Of a stretch of 64,000 nucleotides of DNA, positions 23,001 through 33,743 are shown one piece after another. The translations under genes were made by a program, and so were the position numbers. How positions within the stretch are numbered: position 1 is the first letter of the stretch; every line of letters starts with the position of its first letter. Below the pieces are notes generated by a model that was given only the letters and a program-made list of their open reading frames with translations, was not told the origin of the DNA and did not search any database. The stretch is from assembly GCA_964187785.1 (NCBI GenBank), contig OZ076409.1, positions 88,290,001-88,354,000 of the forward strand. Direction: 5' to 3'. This stretch comes from Amphiscolops sp. MND2022 (Eukaryota).

Positions 23001-26000
23001 TAACTTCTATAGCTTCACTTGGCCTGGAGGTTAACGCGAAGTTTCAGGCCTGATGATGAGGTTTGAGTTGGAGTACGTTGTTTGAGTCCTGCACTGAACC
23101 AATTTTTTAATGCTTGTAAAGGTAGAAGAAAGGACAAAGCGTCCCGGTAATTATGTTACTTTTTGTATAAAGTTTTTACCCAACACGAAGCTCCTCTTCA
23201 ATTTTTAGCAGTAACAAAGCGTTTTGCGATTATAGAGGCCCCCTTTAGAGATTCAGGGGACTTTGTGACTTTCCGAATAAATTTTCCTCATAATTGTTGG
23301 GTTTTTGAGGCTTGCTGTTACGAAAACACCGATTTCCGAGTCTTTAGGTTGACACATTTGGGCAAAAGTAACGTCTGTGTGACTGATGAAAGTTTTCCTA
23401 ATAACTCTGAAGTGTTTTTTTTCAACTCCGTGCATTTTTTCACGAATTTTTTTTACTTTTCACTAGATGTTCGCTGTTCTGTTTTTTTTCTTTGATTTAA
23501 CCTCGACAGTGCTTTTGTCCCCAAATGAGGACAACGAATTTTTTCACAATCAATAAAATATTACGAAACGCAAAAAGCTTCTAGGAAAACGAAGTTTTTT
23601 TCTAATCCACAATCTATTGGACTACCTGGGGCGAGTTGTTATTTGTGTCAATATAGTTTGTTTTCCGAACCACCGGCAAAAAGGTAACTAGAAAAAAGTG
23701 AAAATTTGCAAAACGAATACTTTTCAGAAAATTAACGTTTTCTCAATAACACAGCAACTGTTTGTTAAGTTACTGCCACACTCTAGTGACACAGTTTGCC
23801 ACCATTGAAACTGTATATAGAAGTCTTTTTAATGAAGCTTCAGCGAAAAGTTCGAGTGTCATTCGCTGTCGCTATTATTCGTGGAGAAATTAGGCTTTGA
23901 AAATTTTTTCCTATTTTTTGTCACTTTTTCAACTTCTCGGTGTACTGTCGAGGTTAAGTTTATAACAAGACGCCCGCGCACCAGCGGGATATTTTCCGCC
24001 CCAAATCATTTGAGCAACAAAATCGTTTTAAGTCCAAAAATCTTTACAAATACATATCGCATGGAACTAAATTTATGTCAGTTGAATTCTGTGAATGTAC
24101 TTCTTCATATTACGTAAACAATAATTCTTGGCAAATTTTGTAAAAAAACCCGTTTGATTTAAACATTTTCTTTGCCCATATGAAATATGGGCGGAAAATA
24201 AAAACGCGGTTTTTGAGCCCTTGGGTAATTTTGGCACAGTGCGAGTTTTTTCTTGTCGGATATCAATGGAACTATACTAATCTCTTGAAAATGACGTCAT
24301 CAAGACAAACATGAACGATCAAATGATGCTATTCAAAGTACCTGAAAAGTCCAATATTTTGACGATCCTTTTCGACCTTCAACCTTTTGCCGGACCTTTC
24401 AGAATAATACCTAACCCACATATCACTGACTAGATGTTCACTCTGTGTTTACCGCCGACCCTGTTTACGACAACTAGTACACGTTCTGGTGTCACTGTAT
24501 CCTCTTCGTGCATGAAAACAGCTAGACGTTTTTCGTTTCTCAAATACCATAACCAATATTTGATTATAACTGCTAAGTTGCTAATAAATTAATCTCATTT
24601 ATATATCCTTTTTTGTTCTTGTTATGTTGAGCTATCTCTGAGATTTCTAAACAAAGGTGTTTGAAAAAAATCACAATATCGGATCGGGTGTTTGTGATAT
24701 TTTCAGTCTTTCTCATCCTGAAAGATTCCCCTTGGGAACTTTCTGTTGTATCAGTAAACAAAAATATCGCCGTGCCACAGCAAATTTTGTTTTTTTTTTG
24801 TTATACAAAGTAAGAATCTTGATTCAATGAGTTGCTATCCATAAAGGCTTGCAGTGCATCCAATATACGTCACAGGCTTAGGGCACGAGTTTGGCATGCT
24901 AATTGAATCAAATTTGATGAAAATTTTCTATTATCAAATAAAAACAAACTTACAAGCCATCAATTGCATTTTCAATTAGTCCGTGATAAAAAGTTTCGTT
25001 TCCATCCTCTAACTCAGAATCAAACTTCAGTTTAGGCTAAGAAACCTTTGCCTCACAAAAAGCATCGACTCCACGAATTCACGCTTCACTAAAGATCGAT
25101 TCGCCTTTAGAACAACTTTGGACGATTGACAAAAGACTAAGAAATCTAGGATCAAATTGCAGTCTGCACTAATGAAATTAAAATTGACGAGAGTCGTAGT
25201 GGCATGGCATTTTTGGTAAACTGTTACAAGTCTGTTGCAAACTGTTGCCTGTAAAAAAGTCGTACATTGTCCAACATCAGTTGTTCGATAAAGAAAATGC
25301 AACGAAATAATCTCAACTGAAAATACCGACAATTAGGAAATAAATTTTCGCACATATGATTCCAACATGTCATTTTAATACGGAGTTTCTACACCGCCTT
25401 CTTCTGGCCAAAACTGTCAACAATTTGGCATTATAATGGTTTCAATCGGAAGAAAATGCTAACAAATGCCCGAAAAAGGCATTTTAGAGACTCGAAAAAC
25501 GCTGAAAACAGCAAAAATCTGAATTTTGAAAACTTTTTGTTGAGCAATTCGACAAGTAATTTCATCGAAAATAGTCGCACAGTGCCGAAAACACTAAGGA
25601 GGACATTTCGTTCTTGCAAAATGAAAGTATCAGCGAAAACAAATTCGCGTGAAAACTTTCTTAAGCGACAATATCAAAGAATACAAAATCACATTTTCTT
25701 GAGAAACGTTTTCGGAAAAAGTCGCACATTGCCAATAAACCTAAAGGCGGTAGTTTTTTATCGCAAAATCTTTTGTCATTGTGTCAAACAATTGACAAAT
25801 TGTTGGACGTTCATTTGGTAGAAGAGAAGATTTACCAAAAAAGTCCCACAGTGTTGGACAAAAGGCAAAACGGGGAACGCTTTGGTCGTTTCTAGTCCGC
25901 GCTTCTCTTAGAAAACGCACACTATAGCAGTGACTTTTCTTTTTATTCGGCGCTTTTCGTAGGAAAATGCAAACTATAGTAGTGACTTTTCTTTTTTTCA

Positions 26001-29000
26001 TTTTCAAGACCAACGAAGTGACAGATTTTATAAGCTTTTTAAGCTGGCTTCCACTAACTGCCACACTAATGTAAGTTGTGCATAGAGGTTAATTAGGATT
26101 TTTTGAGGTCTGCCAAGCAGAAGGACGTGGGTTCGAGTCCTGCCCTTGACCAAAATTTTTCGTGCATGTTATTTCGGCTGTGTGAGACTTTTTTTTGCAA
26201 ATTTTTCTCATGTCTCCAAAGGGTCACAACTTTTTTGGCACTATGGGACTTACCGGAGACTTTAAAAAAATCGAATTTTTTTTTGGAGTTTTCTTCTCAT
26301 GCGGGTACTGTAGAAGAAAGTACTTGACACTTTGAAGGCCTTTTGCTATCTTTGGGCCTTAGATATGGCGCCGACTTGGGCCGTTCCCGGCTTGTTCCAT
26401 GTTTACGAGCATAAAACTTTTTTGGTCTACCGCAAAATCCATGTACTCGCGCTTCCCAGGCCCCGTCACCGGAAAGAGAAACTCGCGGTAACGTGCAGGT
26501 CAATTGGAGAGTACTTTTCAGATTTCCACCAGAGTGTTCAGTAGCTAGGACTGAAACTGTTGGGGAAATATTTCAAAAACCCGCCAAATGCAGTGCTAAT
26601 ACTTGGATGGTTTATTTTTTGCGAAATTAAAAAAAATCCTCTTCGTCACCGACACGAATACATATGTATACATACGTTAATTTCGCTACTGGTAGAATCG
26701 ATGTTCTTCTGATAAAATCACCCACCGTTTCGCAAATAGCACGCTGAAAACAACTATAGTTTGCAGCGCATAACTTGAAGTTTTTTGGATCAAAGTAGTG
26801 GTAAAATTGATGTATTTTAGCTTCAGTTAAAAATAAAATTGCTTGTTAATGAAAACTGCAAAACTTACACGCCTCGAATTGTCGCCAACTTTAGGCTGTT
26901 TCTTCTAAGCAGCCTAATAAAAGTAGAAAAAAAACTAGAAACTATTAACGAATGAATTTTTCCGCAAGAGTTTCAGGAAACTGTTTCAGGAAAATACACT
27001 TGTACGGGTTTTAGTTTCGAAGGATTAATTACGGGTTCAACCTTCTTGTAAAATTGGTTAAAATTGTCCAACTCAGTAGGCTCCTCGATTTAGAACCCAA
27101 AATTGATGAATACAACCAACTTATACGAAAATTGTTTAAAAGTTTCTGGAATTAATTCTGCGAATTAATTAATTAGTGAAGAACAAAAGGAGAACAAAAC
27201 TTGGGTTGTCAATACTGTTCAAGCTACAAATTTGAAATTTATCTTCCTCATGAGCCTGGATTGTTTGAAGAAAAAAGGCATGCATACCTTGATAGGAGTA
27301 ACTCCAATTTTAAAAGTCATCATCATATTCAATTAATGCTGTAGTGTCGCAATATGGAAGCGCTTGGACAATCGGAGTTTCGCATGCGCGAAAGGAGGGA
27401 TAGTTTTGAAGAATTTGATGAAGATGTCTTGTGTGACGTCATGCGCCCTGAGAACTCGTCGCGTAGTAGAGCTTCATGAATTCTACGAGGACCAACTCAT
27501 TTCCCTCATTAACCAACTTTCCACTGCTCATTGGTTCAACACAAAACTATACATGGTAGTCTGTTGTGACAACAAAATCGGCAAGAATCTCATTTCTATG
27601 GCCGAGTATGCTGATTTCAAACGCTTCTTTGCTGAGTCTTCAATCTTGGGTTAGCGGTGCGATTGAAAAATTCAAGTTCCAAAATAACAGATTCAACCAT
27701 CTTTTGAATGAATGTCGGTCAGGACTTGAATAGCCTGAATAACAATTAGTTCGCAATTGGAAAAGAATCAGATTTATCTTACTACAAAAATTAATGATAC
27801 TTTTCCAGGAAATTTTTCTAGATAAATTGAATAATTAGTAACATTAATTCTCCAAAGACCAAAGGAGTTAGGTAAGAAGTGAAAGTTCATTTAAGGTTCG
27901 AAAGTGGCTAAAGGGACTCATACTTTCTCACAGATTGTTAAAACCAAACTTTTCGAAACCATTGGTGATAGATTTTCTCTCAACCAAAGAAAAATCAAAT
28001 AAAATTTTATTGTTTCATTTTTCAGATCTCATCAGATCAGCTTGGACCGGAAAAATGGCAAACTTTGTGGGGAACTTTCCGGTTTTTATGGCAGCTCTAT
28101 TTCCACTTGCGGTACCTTTTCTTCCCTTCGATCAGGAATTCCACGCTATCCGATCCCTCAACCTCCCAACAACGCGTGGCTGTCAAGAAAAACTAGCTAC
28201 TACAGAGGGGTATCAATTCATGTCCATTTCGGCGAAATATAATGAGTTCTACAGGGCTCCTATCACGAAATTTTGGCTCAACTGCATTACTCGTTGCGTG
28301 TTGCTGATTCTCTTTGCTGCTTTCATGCTCACTGGATACAAAACTGACGAACCTGAAATTCTGGAATCGATTGTGGCAATTTACGTCTTTTCTGTATGCC
28401 TTGAAGACGTTATACAGTTGTTCAAAGGAGGTTCTACAATGGGCAACACTCTTTCCTTGATTTTCGATTCCATGGATCTCCTCGCTTTGGTTTTGTTTTT
28501 TGCCGGTTTCGCCGCAAGAAGCACTAAATCCATTTTCAACCTCAATGAAGGCAACACCACTCAGTTCGCGGATGTTTTCTACGTTACGTGTTTGGTTTTT
28601 AGTTTCATCAAACTGCAATGGCACATGTTGATAATTCCATCAATTGGGCCTTACATTATAATCTTGAATTTCATGCTTGCAGACATGACAGCCTTCGCTT
28701 TCATATTGATCACGATAATGTTAGGGTACTCTGTTGGGGTCCAAGCACTGATTTCTCCCGAGGAGAACAGTTTTTGGGACGAAATCAGGGTGTCCATTCT
28801 GAAACCCATCATCACAACCCAAGGAATAACCCTGTTTTTTGAAGACATCAATGAACGATTCAATTGCACCACGCCCGGGTTGAATTCAAATGATGTTTTC
28901 AGGTTGGTTCTATTTTCCCACTGTTCTATTCCACTGTTAGGGTTAAAAAAACGAAAATTACTACAACAAGTTTGTAATCTAGAACAACTGTTCTATAATA

Positions 29001-32000
29001 ACTATCGGATAAATAAACCTAATATGTATTTGGTTCATTCAAGCTTTTTTACCAACAACTTGCTAGTGGGCTAGATCGAAACTCGGTAGAGTTTATGACG
29101 GATGAACCGTTATAACACCCACCACCTTCGATTACTAGTTTCTAAAGTCATTGAACTCATTTTGGAAAGATCTTGATTTAGAGAAAAACAATGACTAAAA
29201 ATTCTGAAATTACGTTGCCTGAAATACTCAGTTGATCAAAAGTTGTACATGGGTGATCAAAAGTGATGTGTTGACATGTGTCTTTCAGTACATGTGAGCC
29301 GTTCGACATTCGTCCATACTTCATGGTACTGCTTGTGTTCACGTTCTACGTGCTTACTGGTCTGGTTCTGGTCAACCTCCTCATAGCCATGTTCAGTGAC
29401 ACCTACTCCAGGGTGCGAGAGAACACTTCTCTGCATTGGAACTTCATTTTTTATCGCATCACAAGTGACTTCACTAGTAAGTGTTCATGTCACTTCTTCA
29501 CTGACTGATTTTTGCCAAATAATTGTCCCAAAAACCGCAGAAAAATGAAATCAACAGTTCTATTGTATAATCTTGTATAACAAAACTTTCAGGTTTCACA
29601 AACTGGGCACTAATACTATTAATATTCTTGAAAAGAAATTTCGCAGCGCTGAATAGTAAAGTCTACCATGTATGGTTAAGCAAGAAAGCAAGAAAGCAAG
29701 AAAGAAAGACAGTTCATTCTTTTGGATATAAAAACAAGACGCCCGCTGAGCAGCGAGAAATTTTCCGCCCCAAACTGTTCTACAACTAAGTAAATTTGAG
29801 GCTCAAGAATAGCCAATGCGCTATAAAAACGCAAAGAAGTTCGAAGAAAGGAAACCTTTGATTCCTCGCAGCCCATTTCAAAGGAAACCCCTAATTTACA
29901 ATTTCTGCGATACCTGTCCACTTTTCCTTTTTTCGGCACTGAGCGACTTACCGAGAAAAGATAAAATTTTCAATGAATTTTTTGAAAAAAAGGATCGAAA
30001 GACATATTCCGCAATTTTAATTTTTGAGGTTTTCTGTAAAGGAAATAGGTTTCCCGAGTCTTGAGAGTGACTTGTTTGTTACTTTTGATCATATGGAACT
30101 GACGATGTTTCTTCTTTCTTCTTGATTGCGAAAATTACCTCAGTTCAGTTTTTTCGACTCTGTGCGTCTTTCCGAAACTTTCATTTGTTCAAAGAGTACC
30201 CCCTTGTTTTCATAGCTGAATGCGGCTTGAGAAAAGTAGTTTTCCGAGCTGAAACTCGTTTCGCCATCATCGAACTTTACCGGAAAAATAAAAAAATGGA
30301 TTTCTTGTGATACCTGTTGGGCAAAAAGTAGTTTCCTAGACTCAGGCGTACTTCTGGAGATAGTTTTTGGCACTGAGAAAAAGTAAACGCTTGAAACTAG
30401 GTCCTTCGCAATTTTAGGAAAACTGAGCGATCCCTGTTTGTTATATTATCGCACATAGTTTCACCAGAAATGTCAAAAGTTGGAAATAGTTTTGACAACG
30501 TTGTAGTCAATTTGAGGAACTTTTCTAACAAAAATATATTGATGACTCTTTAAAATTAAGCCTACTGGACACCGAAATTAGCTGTTGTTGAATATTTACA
30601 TCACTCTAACCCACAAAGTAGCTCGAAACATCTTCCTTTGGAAGGTGTATTCCATATCTAGTGATTTAGCTCGGAGGTTTTTGAATATTAAATATTGGAC
30701 AAATGAGGTCGAAATTTACGTTTTCAAGTAAAGTTTTCAAAAGTTGGGCCAATAAACTTGTCTTATTCTTTCGACACACTACCGGTAGCTACACGTTTCG
30801 ATCCTGAGCCAAGGGTATTTCTGATTGGGATAAATTTTCGGAAAGAATCCAAAATTGGTATTAAAATGTCGAAAATAAAAAAAAAAGTTCGGAAACTCTG
30901 ACACCTTTGTTGTAAACTAGATGAACTTCATCCCATTTTTCCCCAATTGCGTTTTGAATACCTCATTGTTTCAACGCTTAGGTCATTGGAACTACTATTT
31001 TTCAAAAACTTTCGTGGTTTGAACAAAAACTGGGATTAGTTTGTCTTGTCGTGCTTCTTTGTTGTTTCATGATTTTTGGGTGTTTTGGAGGCCAATTTCA
31101 ACAAAAAAATGCAGTTTCCTCTTCAAATGAAAATTGCCGACTAGAGATATCCGGATTAGTCATCGCTGAGTTTTTCAAACCATTTTAGGCAAGGAAGCTC
31201 AAAAATTGTTCAAAAAACTGCCTTAAAGTGTTAAAACGCTTGAAAAATCTCAGTTTTTCAAATTACTTCGGTCATTCTGAGGAAAGTTTTGGCCAGACAC
31301 TAGACAAAATTTTAGGACGTGCGTCGGATCTAAATGTATCATTTGGAGCATTTCGATGCTTTTATGATACCGAAATTTTTCCATCTCAAACTAAAATTCA
31401 CTGAAAACGTCTGAAATCGGCCAAATTTTTGAAAGTTTCGACACCTTGCGGTCAATTTTGCGGCTATACCAGCCGAAGTCTACAAATAATCCTCTCAAAA
31501 GCTATTGGATTATGCCTTCACTGTTTGTTGAACGTTTGCCATCATTCTGGCACCAAAATGACTTGAAAAGTACATAAGTTGCACAAAAACGAAGGTATTG
31601 AAATTTTTCCTTTCCTTTGGAGTCATTCTGAAGTGTTTCTGAAGCAAAATGTTGCAAATTTCTCGTCATAAAATGTGCTACAATGCTCGTTCTTTCGTTG
31701 TTGAGTTGATTGTGTTGGAACTTAGATCGCCATCTTTCCGAAAATGAACAGAAATTGCATCAAAATCGACAAAAACTTCAAAATTTTTGACAATTCAGGT
31801 CACTTTGAGGCATTTTCTCATAGATTGATTATCTCGTGACGGAAGCTCACCGAAGCAACAACTCGGCCCATGTTTCAGGCGTTTTAACATTCTAGTTCAC
31901 GAAGTCTATCGATATTCTTACGAAAATGGAAAAAAATAGTGAAAATCGGAAACATGTCGAAATTTGGTCTTTCTCGATGTCAATTCCGGACCGTTTTCGT

Positions 32001-33224
32001 TTGAAAAACTGCATTTATTTTTTTCTACGCATACTGGACAGCATATTCATTCTTTTTTGATGACTCTTTTCAACGTTCCAATTGACAAAGTCTGTAAAAA
32101 AAACATAATTTTTTTTTGAAAATTAGAATTTTTGGAGATTTTTGTCATTTTCGGTGTCAATTTGAGATCTTTTTCTTCAAAACACTGCAATTATCTTTTC
32201 ATAAAAGACTACTAGACAACCAATTTTTTCCTTGGTGACCCTTTAAAACGTTCCAATCCACGAAGTCTGTCGAAATTTCAACAAAGAATGCGTAAAAACG
32301 TTGGAAAATGGAAAATTTTGGGATTTTTGTCATTTTCGATGTCAATTTGAAATTTTTTCATTTGAAAAACAGCCATTATCTCTTCGGAGAAGCCCACTGG
32401 ACAGCAAAGTAGTGCCATGTTGAGCGTTTTCAACATTCTAATCAAAGAAGTCTATCGAAAATTGCATAAAAACGGTAAAAATTGGATTTTTTTCGGTTTT
32501 TCGTCATTCTTGTGTCTTTTCCTTTCCAAAAACAGCATTTATCTCTTCATAAACGACTACTTGACAACGGATTAATGCTTTGTTGAACCTTTTCATTATT
32601 CTAATTCACGACATATATTGAAAATTTGACAAAATTTGCATTAAAACGTAAAAGATTTGAAATTTTGCAAATTTCATCTTTTTTGGGGTAATTTTGGGTC
32701 ATTCTGGGGTCCTTGGGGTCAACTAAAAAAGTCCAGAAAACTCCACAAATACAAATTGCACGAAGCAAAATTTACATGAGTTGAATTCTATGGGTAACAT
32801 CCTTAAAGTTAAATATAAATTTGGTGCTTGGCAAATTTTGTAAAAAAAAAGTTTGATTTAAATATTTTCCTTTCCCATATGAAATATGGGCGGAAAATAA
32901 CAAAAAACTAGCTTTTTTCATAATTTGTCTATAATACCCAATAACGACGGGCAAGGAGCGCAATTGCTCTTCGAGCCCCCACCCCAGATGGTAAGACTGT
33001 GCCTACTTGTGTTTTTCCCAGGTCGGCCGGCGCTGCCTTGTCCTCTATCTCTGATTACCCGTTTCTACCAGCTAATCAGGTCCATTGGGCGACACATGTC
33101 AGACTTTAAGCACAAAGGCAAACCCAAAACAGGATCTGAGTCCGGCAAATTCACCGAAAATCTTCACTTCTGGGCGCAATTTGTGGAGAATGAATACATC
33201 GTAGAAAACTTCTTCTCCGAATGA
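2037..33224 (+). CDS. TRPM-family cation channel, divergent; 8 exons in the window (~890 aa), 5' exons possibly outside
   Basis: Exons 2037..2282, 2666..2942, 20546..20871, 22638..22888, 27345..27649, 28026..28902, 29289..29476, 33022..33224; all GT-AG and phase-consistent (2,673 nt in total). TRPM-like motifs: VFFKGTGILAD, LIEWGRFNRA, EKLYN, AWTGKM, FYRAPITKFW, IGPYII, LVNLLIAMFSDTY, RPALPCP. Confidence 0.9.
3085..3750 (-). other. Second copy of the Gag N-terminus in the 3' LTR, reading out into flanking DNA
   Basis: Identical to gag residues 1-181 (MPSTRRQ...ERGSY), then ~40 codons from the flank. Confidence 0.85.
3207..4750 (-). repeat. 3' LTR (1,544 bp)
   Basis: Copy of 17238..18781, preceded on the minus strand by the purine tract CCAGGGGGAG (4751..4760) and followed by the TSD. 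Confidence 0.97.
4662..5483 (-). CDS. Sense accessory ORF (273 aa) overlapping the PPT and U3; acidic/SIM-like N-terminus and Cys cluster
   Basis: ATG-initiated open frame. IIYISSDEEE and LYLSSEEE motifs, CSDCVICG. The PPT encodes the PGG codons; the last 89 nt lie in the LTR. Confidence 0.7.
   Translation of the reverse strand: MSDISETFPMDFQGIVRSEGEPDIIYISSDEEERMDSVCGDSVDDLYLSSEEEFTDVEIMARCIERQLTEPITIPNVGTSSTQARCGTPRPSLPPFPTFSQQFFNLGSGNGPVGRDMRIKSNHPINICRDLRPMVDTPMSPPPEDRGPSRDQQTPACSYSSDHVSIESVSNHFDGMALSGNTSLAGCSDCVICGKSVLQIQTEAVNDYIDKTVVIGETLAETERRKRAFLDGMAAGTFLLMPGGVSQAAACDGNWYSVAYDYSKALPGTVPLN
4751..4758 (-). promoter_or_regulatory. Polypurine tract
   Basis: AGGGGGAG on the minus strand abutting the TG of the 3' LTR. 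Confidence 0.85.
6710..10670 (+). CDS. Antisense, intron-containing accessory gene inside the retrotransposon; ~1,176-aa BED-type zinc finger / degenerate hAT-transposase-like protein
   Basis: Predicted exons 6710..8377, 8455..8940, 9060..9194, 9365..9446 (alternative in-frame acceptor at 9292) and 9511..10670. All introns are GT-AG with matching phases 0,0,0,1. Motifs: PPRKRRK, FYCQICKTNISIYSKGAREILRHYKTQGH, YSLEF..YMAVRFW, LACFDP, NLFHLFRLSCLC. Confidence 0.82.
10835..16108 (-). CDS. pol: Pol polyprotein (protease, dUTPase-like linker, RT, RNase H, integrase), entered by -1 frameshift from gag
   Basis: Protease LIDTGAHSS; RT YVDD; RNase H TDAS and LTDNKS; integrase HGTAHRHPG..CQIC, IDLL..TDKGS..ERTH; GPF motif WTGPF. 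The frame is open from the slippery site at 16102..16108 to the listed ATG at 16069. Confidence 0.96.
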   Translation of the reverse strand, partial: KKLISPRLQICNKMSVRQYVISDPANITYKQTQNDTTGMPSTVWQQQMADARRETQYIIHSDHPYLYRRNSNHKDSETQFRPLQIVEDYNPQYYDPEYGKDPYWDEELYDKTNLQFRNEDYPPTDDEDDPDIEDNTLSRALIDLWQPNFEATIQEVDAIHTQEDHKAPNSLLDETAFLHLLVAKEGELPYVPLSTNLGLKFKRRMLYFPMDFGELTLDGLIDTGAHSSAIPEADLRKIRLLAPQSIIKEGPAPSFQIMVANGDLETPKSTVELKFEVGDIEFHEIFIVMEKLSSPIIGVMFLQRNHTVLDMRQGILNFPYFSMQLKTADHKYSNVLEPILNPEDVTIPPNDHVVIPIQSQIYAENAVTGKLQPSDLLHEEGDITFCAAIVTLHEGAMRIHVNNFTDQPYKIKKGMHIANFSVMTPEQMKHVRPIDPVSTWHLLNENEDDAIYYISSLLKANRNNDQYEQYWFPTPENPGDETTHTPIQQRILKELRNLQSLEQLNPHDDAESRRKFLSNFDWKDSMLQQHEIRQIETLLVEFHDIFARHRFDIGVNEEFTVKLTPKDESPAYSQSLPTPVNLKEDILVELALLHKYGIITTLPFSKYASPIFAQKKPNGKLRLLVDLRKINNLISDDYINNNHPVSTLTDAAQHMAGKKLFCKLDCSQAYHCLPMADQKSIEMLAFNFASRTFAYRRLAQGLSRALSAFSSFIREYLDRVIKADQCAQYVDDIGVAATDANQLIVNLRATFQCIREAGLKLSMHKCHFGATEIDFLGRTITPEGVKPQKERITNFLEKTKFPKSKKALQRYLGFLNYYRNYIPRLSEKLVPFFQLLKKDEKVLVTQELVEQFNEINRDLDRCSQLALKQPLPNKQLVLMTDASFTAAGYAILTEDDPNQKYTSAKKSYAPIAYGSKTFTPSQLKMSIYAKEFLAIYYAFKEFGHIFWGTPHPVIILTDNKSVTRFFQTKIIPPPLWNACDFVIQFNFIIAHIPGKNNTAADYLSRMEMDPNEKLVLKIRADVETRPIEVNVQSAGVSEEEQVFFTEADDETEQQIWERKQQSKRGLIVPEAVIQIDAISENTVEEITNFTQKLRRTNQILLEQSRDPILLQLRAKLQNEEYSEEILQQDIRYKYYLNNIDRIVLKDEIVTRQYYDETGQVKYHQILLPKHLLKEILQAIHGTAHRHPGISKMLQEIRQKYYYPGIAKHVKKWVEGCQICAKDKRVPNAAITPELLNLPEWDLGPEDAMQIDLLPNLPISGGYQTVMTAKDVFSRYLFAYPLIEATAANVAKVIIDIMTKHTYLPTTLITDKGSAFTSTILAEITAILGITLKCATTKHPQTIGKLERTHASLKTNLKMASGEYRRQWHKYLPLAVLNYNTTYHSSIGCEPSKVFHGRIPYNVLDHKLGNNPNKNSLPTTEFAEELQQRTQILIDQTKNNIMQSYLKYKEYYDRKAKAAPLQEKDYCFVLQPKADSQGSKIPFRDYRWTGPFVVQKVLPNNNYIVRRLNTNKTQILHRIRLKKFVPNAPLEDKYKEEKLQPDESIVIPQDDLYTISWEANFEYELFEPGKNDWTDAATRLPQGATSGDVDYYVTDNECSSEERNENDVIENEVRTSASDGHEMTSTRDESTAKPQNENNVTEDEIRTRTATSRDTLTTRDENDVNDYAANDEKRSETERPNTATSRDNRNFTDAPTHLPNENYDDVRNSPNRGEDNSVPGISDNGKNTENENETSSPRGGKYNLRPNPTPNYTDEYRY
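16099..17781 (-). CDS. gag: Gag (560 aa) with two CCHC zinc knuckles
   Basis: Knuckles CSYCKATGHFYKSC and CPTCGKKNHPVERC; capsid-like region TFDGKSEKFELFEDLF...; upstream of pol. Confidence 0.93.
   Translation of the reverse strand: MPSTRRQKAKARKSREMDILSDMDNLDVMIGNENPLERELAGVIDQSSAHGDMEIGSHSRNDFRDFIHENEPHGQNDIRQSFETFSNEFNLRLSQEMDSMMAMVHGQINRAISTAIAEKVIPEIQNIVSSMSSSGNRDTEASTSPSSQENRNDLSGLRTKILKKDSRSMGDLRNAAERGSYMVTGANEAQQPIPEFLTGRIHSIPNLERQQSNHNVSLDTTMPAPEPEVPETPQDPLNRLADVLVNLQNKPQTMTIRPVQTTPMTFDGKSEKFELFEDLFHTMIKMQPAMTEQMKINHFHSLLRKGALQTFRNINSINRQTLEDVLIIFRRKYVKPESQATAKHKWHRLTFDPNTMKLPDFLEELNQGAEKAFGENAKSMIDSLLYAKLPPKLKRSVNMARLENGTYEEIVAHLERELELNALEESDDLPIATMASASTSNNNLLSNGINTNKDAQCSYCKATGHFYKSCPKLKKKKELEDKNGKKPQCPTYPECPTCGKKNHPVERCWKGAGAHLRPKRTRPEDKADENSGDEKLSKESTNPETASSSQSNPRKTDSKN
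16102..16108 (-). promoter_or_regulatory. -1 ribosomal frameshift slippery heptamer A AAA AAC
   Basis: Gag ends TCA AAA AAC TAA; the -1 frame reads LISPRLQICNK-MSVRQ into pol without a stop. Confidence 0.85.
17222..17237 (-). promoter_or_regulatory. Primer-binding site, probably tRNA-Leu type, inside the gag ORF
   Basis: TGGTGACAGGAG directly after the LTR-terminal CA; 11/12 match to TGGTGTCAGGAG, the complement of a typical eukaryotic tRNA-Leu 3' end (from memory). Confidence 0.75.
17238..18781 (-). repeat. 5' LTR (1,544 bp), containing the gag start codon and first 181 codons
   Basis: Minus strand begins TGTCGCAGG and ends CTCTTACA, immediately followed by TGGTGACAGG (PBS). Matches 3207..4750; I spotted only two substitutions by eye. 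Confidence 0.97.
18909..19119. repeat. Near-perfect 211-bp palindrome
   Basis: 105-bp arms around a single C at 19014; one mismatch seen. Confidence 0.95.
19793..20446. mobile_element. Tc1/mariner-type MITE
   Basis: 28-bp TIRs CAGTAC(T/A)GTGATTAAGAAA(T/A)CGTCCCCC flanked by TA on both sides. Confidence 0.85.
20921..22416. mobile_element. Non-autonomous hAT element
   Basis: 8-bp TSD GTCAATAG (20913..20920 and 22417..22424); imperfect TIRs TAGAGCCTGGACCAGTTA / TAGAGTCTTGACCAGCTA. Confidence 0.85.
23964..24201 (+). mobile_element. Short internally deleted copy of family B
   Basis: Same 5' and 3' termini as 29733..32900. Confidence 0.65.
25943..26396 (-). mobile_element. Helentron/DINE-like element family A, with an internal tRNA B-box-like segment
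   Basis: Family A termini; GGTTCGAGTCC at ~26130 on the plus strand. Confidence 0.6.
29733..32900 (+). mobile_element. Helentron/DINE-like non-autonomous element family B (3.2 kb)
   Basis: Starts AACAAGACGCCCGC..ATTTTCCGCCC; ends with hairpin CCCATA-TGAAA-TATGGG and GGGCGGAAAAT. Short copy at 23964..24201; inverted copy from 63542 to the window end. Confidence 0.7.
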
Positions 33225-33743
33225 TCCAGAACCAAGCCGGATATAGCATATGTCAGCGCATATCATAATGCACATTTGAATACATTCACTGCTGTATTGG
33301 AAAACATCCCAAATCTCGGATGATCTCACTTGCAAAAGTGGCTTTCACTAAATTTTCTTTGGATATAGATGTTTTTATATGCATGTAATGCACGAAAGAT
33401 ACAAAAATATTTCACAAATGTTCCCTGCATCTAAAGCACCCAGACCCACATTCTTCAGAAATTTTAAACATAAATCAAAGAGACCACTGCTTGTGCTTCA
33501 AAATTTTTAATACTAACTTGAGCGTTTTAAAATTTACTTTGGGTGAGTTTCCCAAAAACGGCCATGAAGTTGTCAAGTTTGACAGCTTTACAATTAATTT
33601 AAGCTTCTGGCTAAATCCTTTTTAATTGAGTGCAATTGGTTGTTGAATACTAATTCATTGTTTGTTGCAAATTTTTTGAACTCCAATGCGTTACATAATT
33701 AAAAGGCCATGTATCAATTGCAAATGAGAGTTACCTCCAGAAG

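Noticed and set aside
26050..26160. tRNA gene (also similar segments near 19490..19560 and 23010..23100)
   Set aside because: Only a B-box-like GGTTCGAGTCC is present with no cloverleaf; it lies within repeats, so it is at best tRNA-derived.
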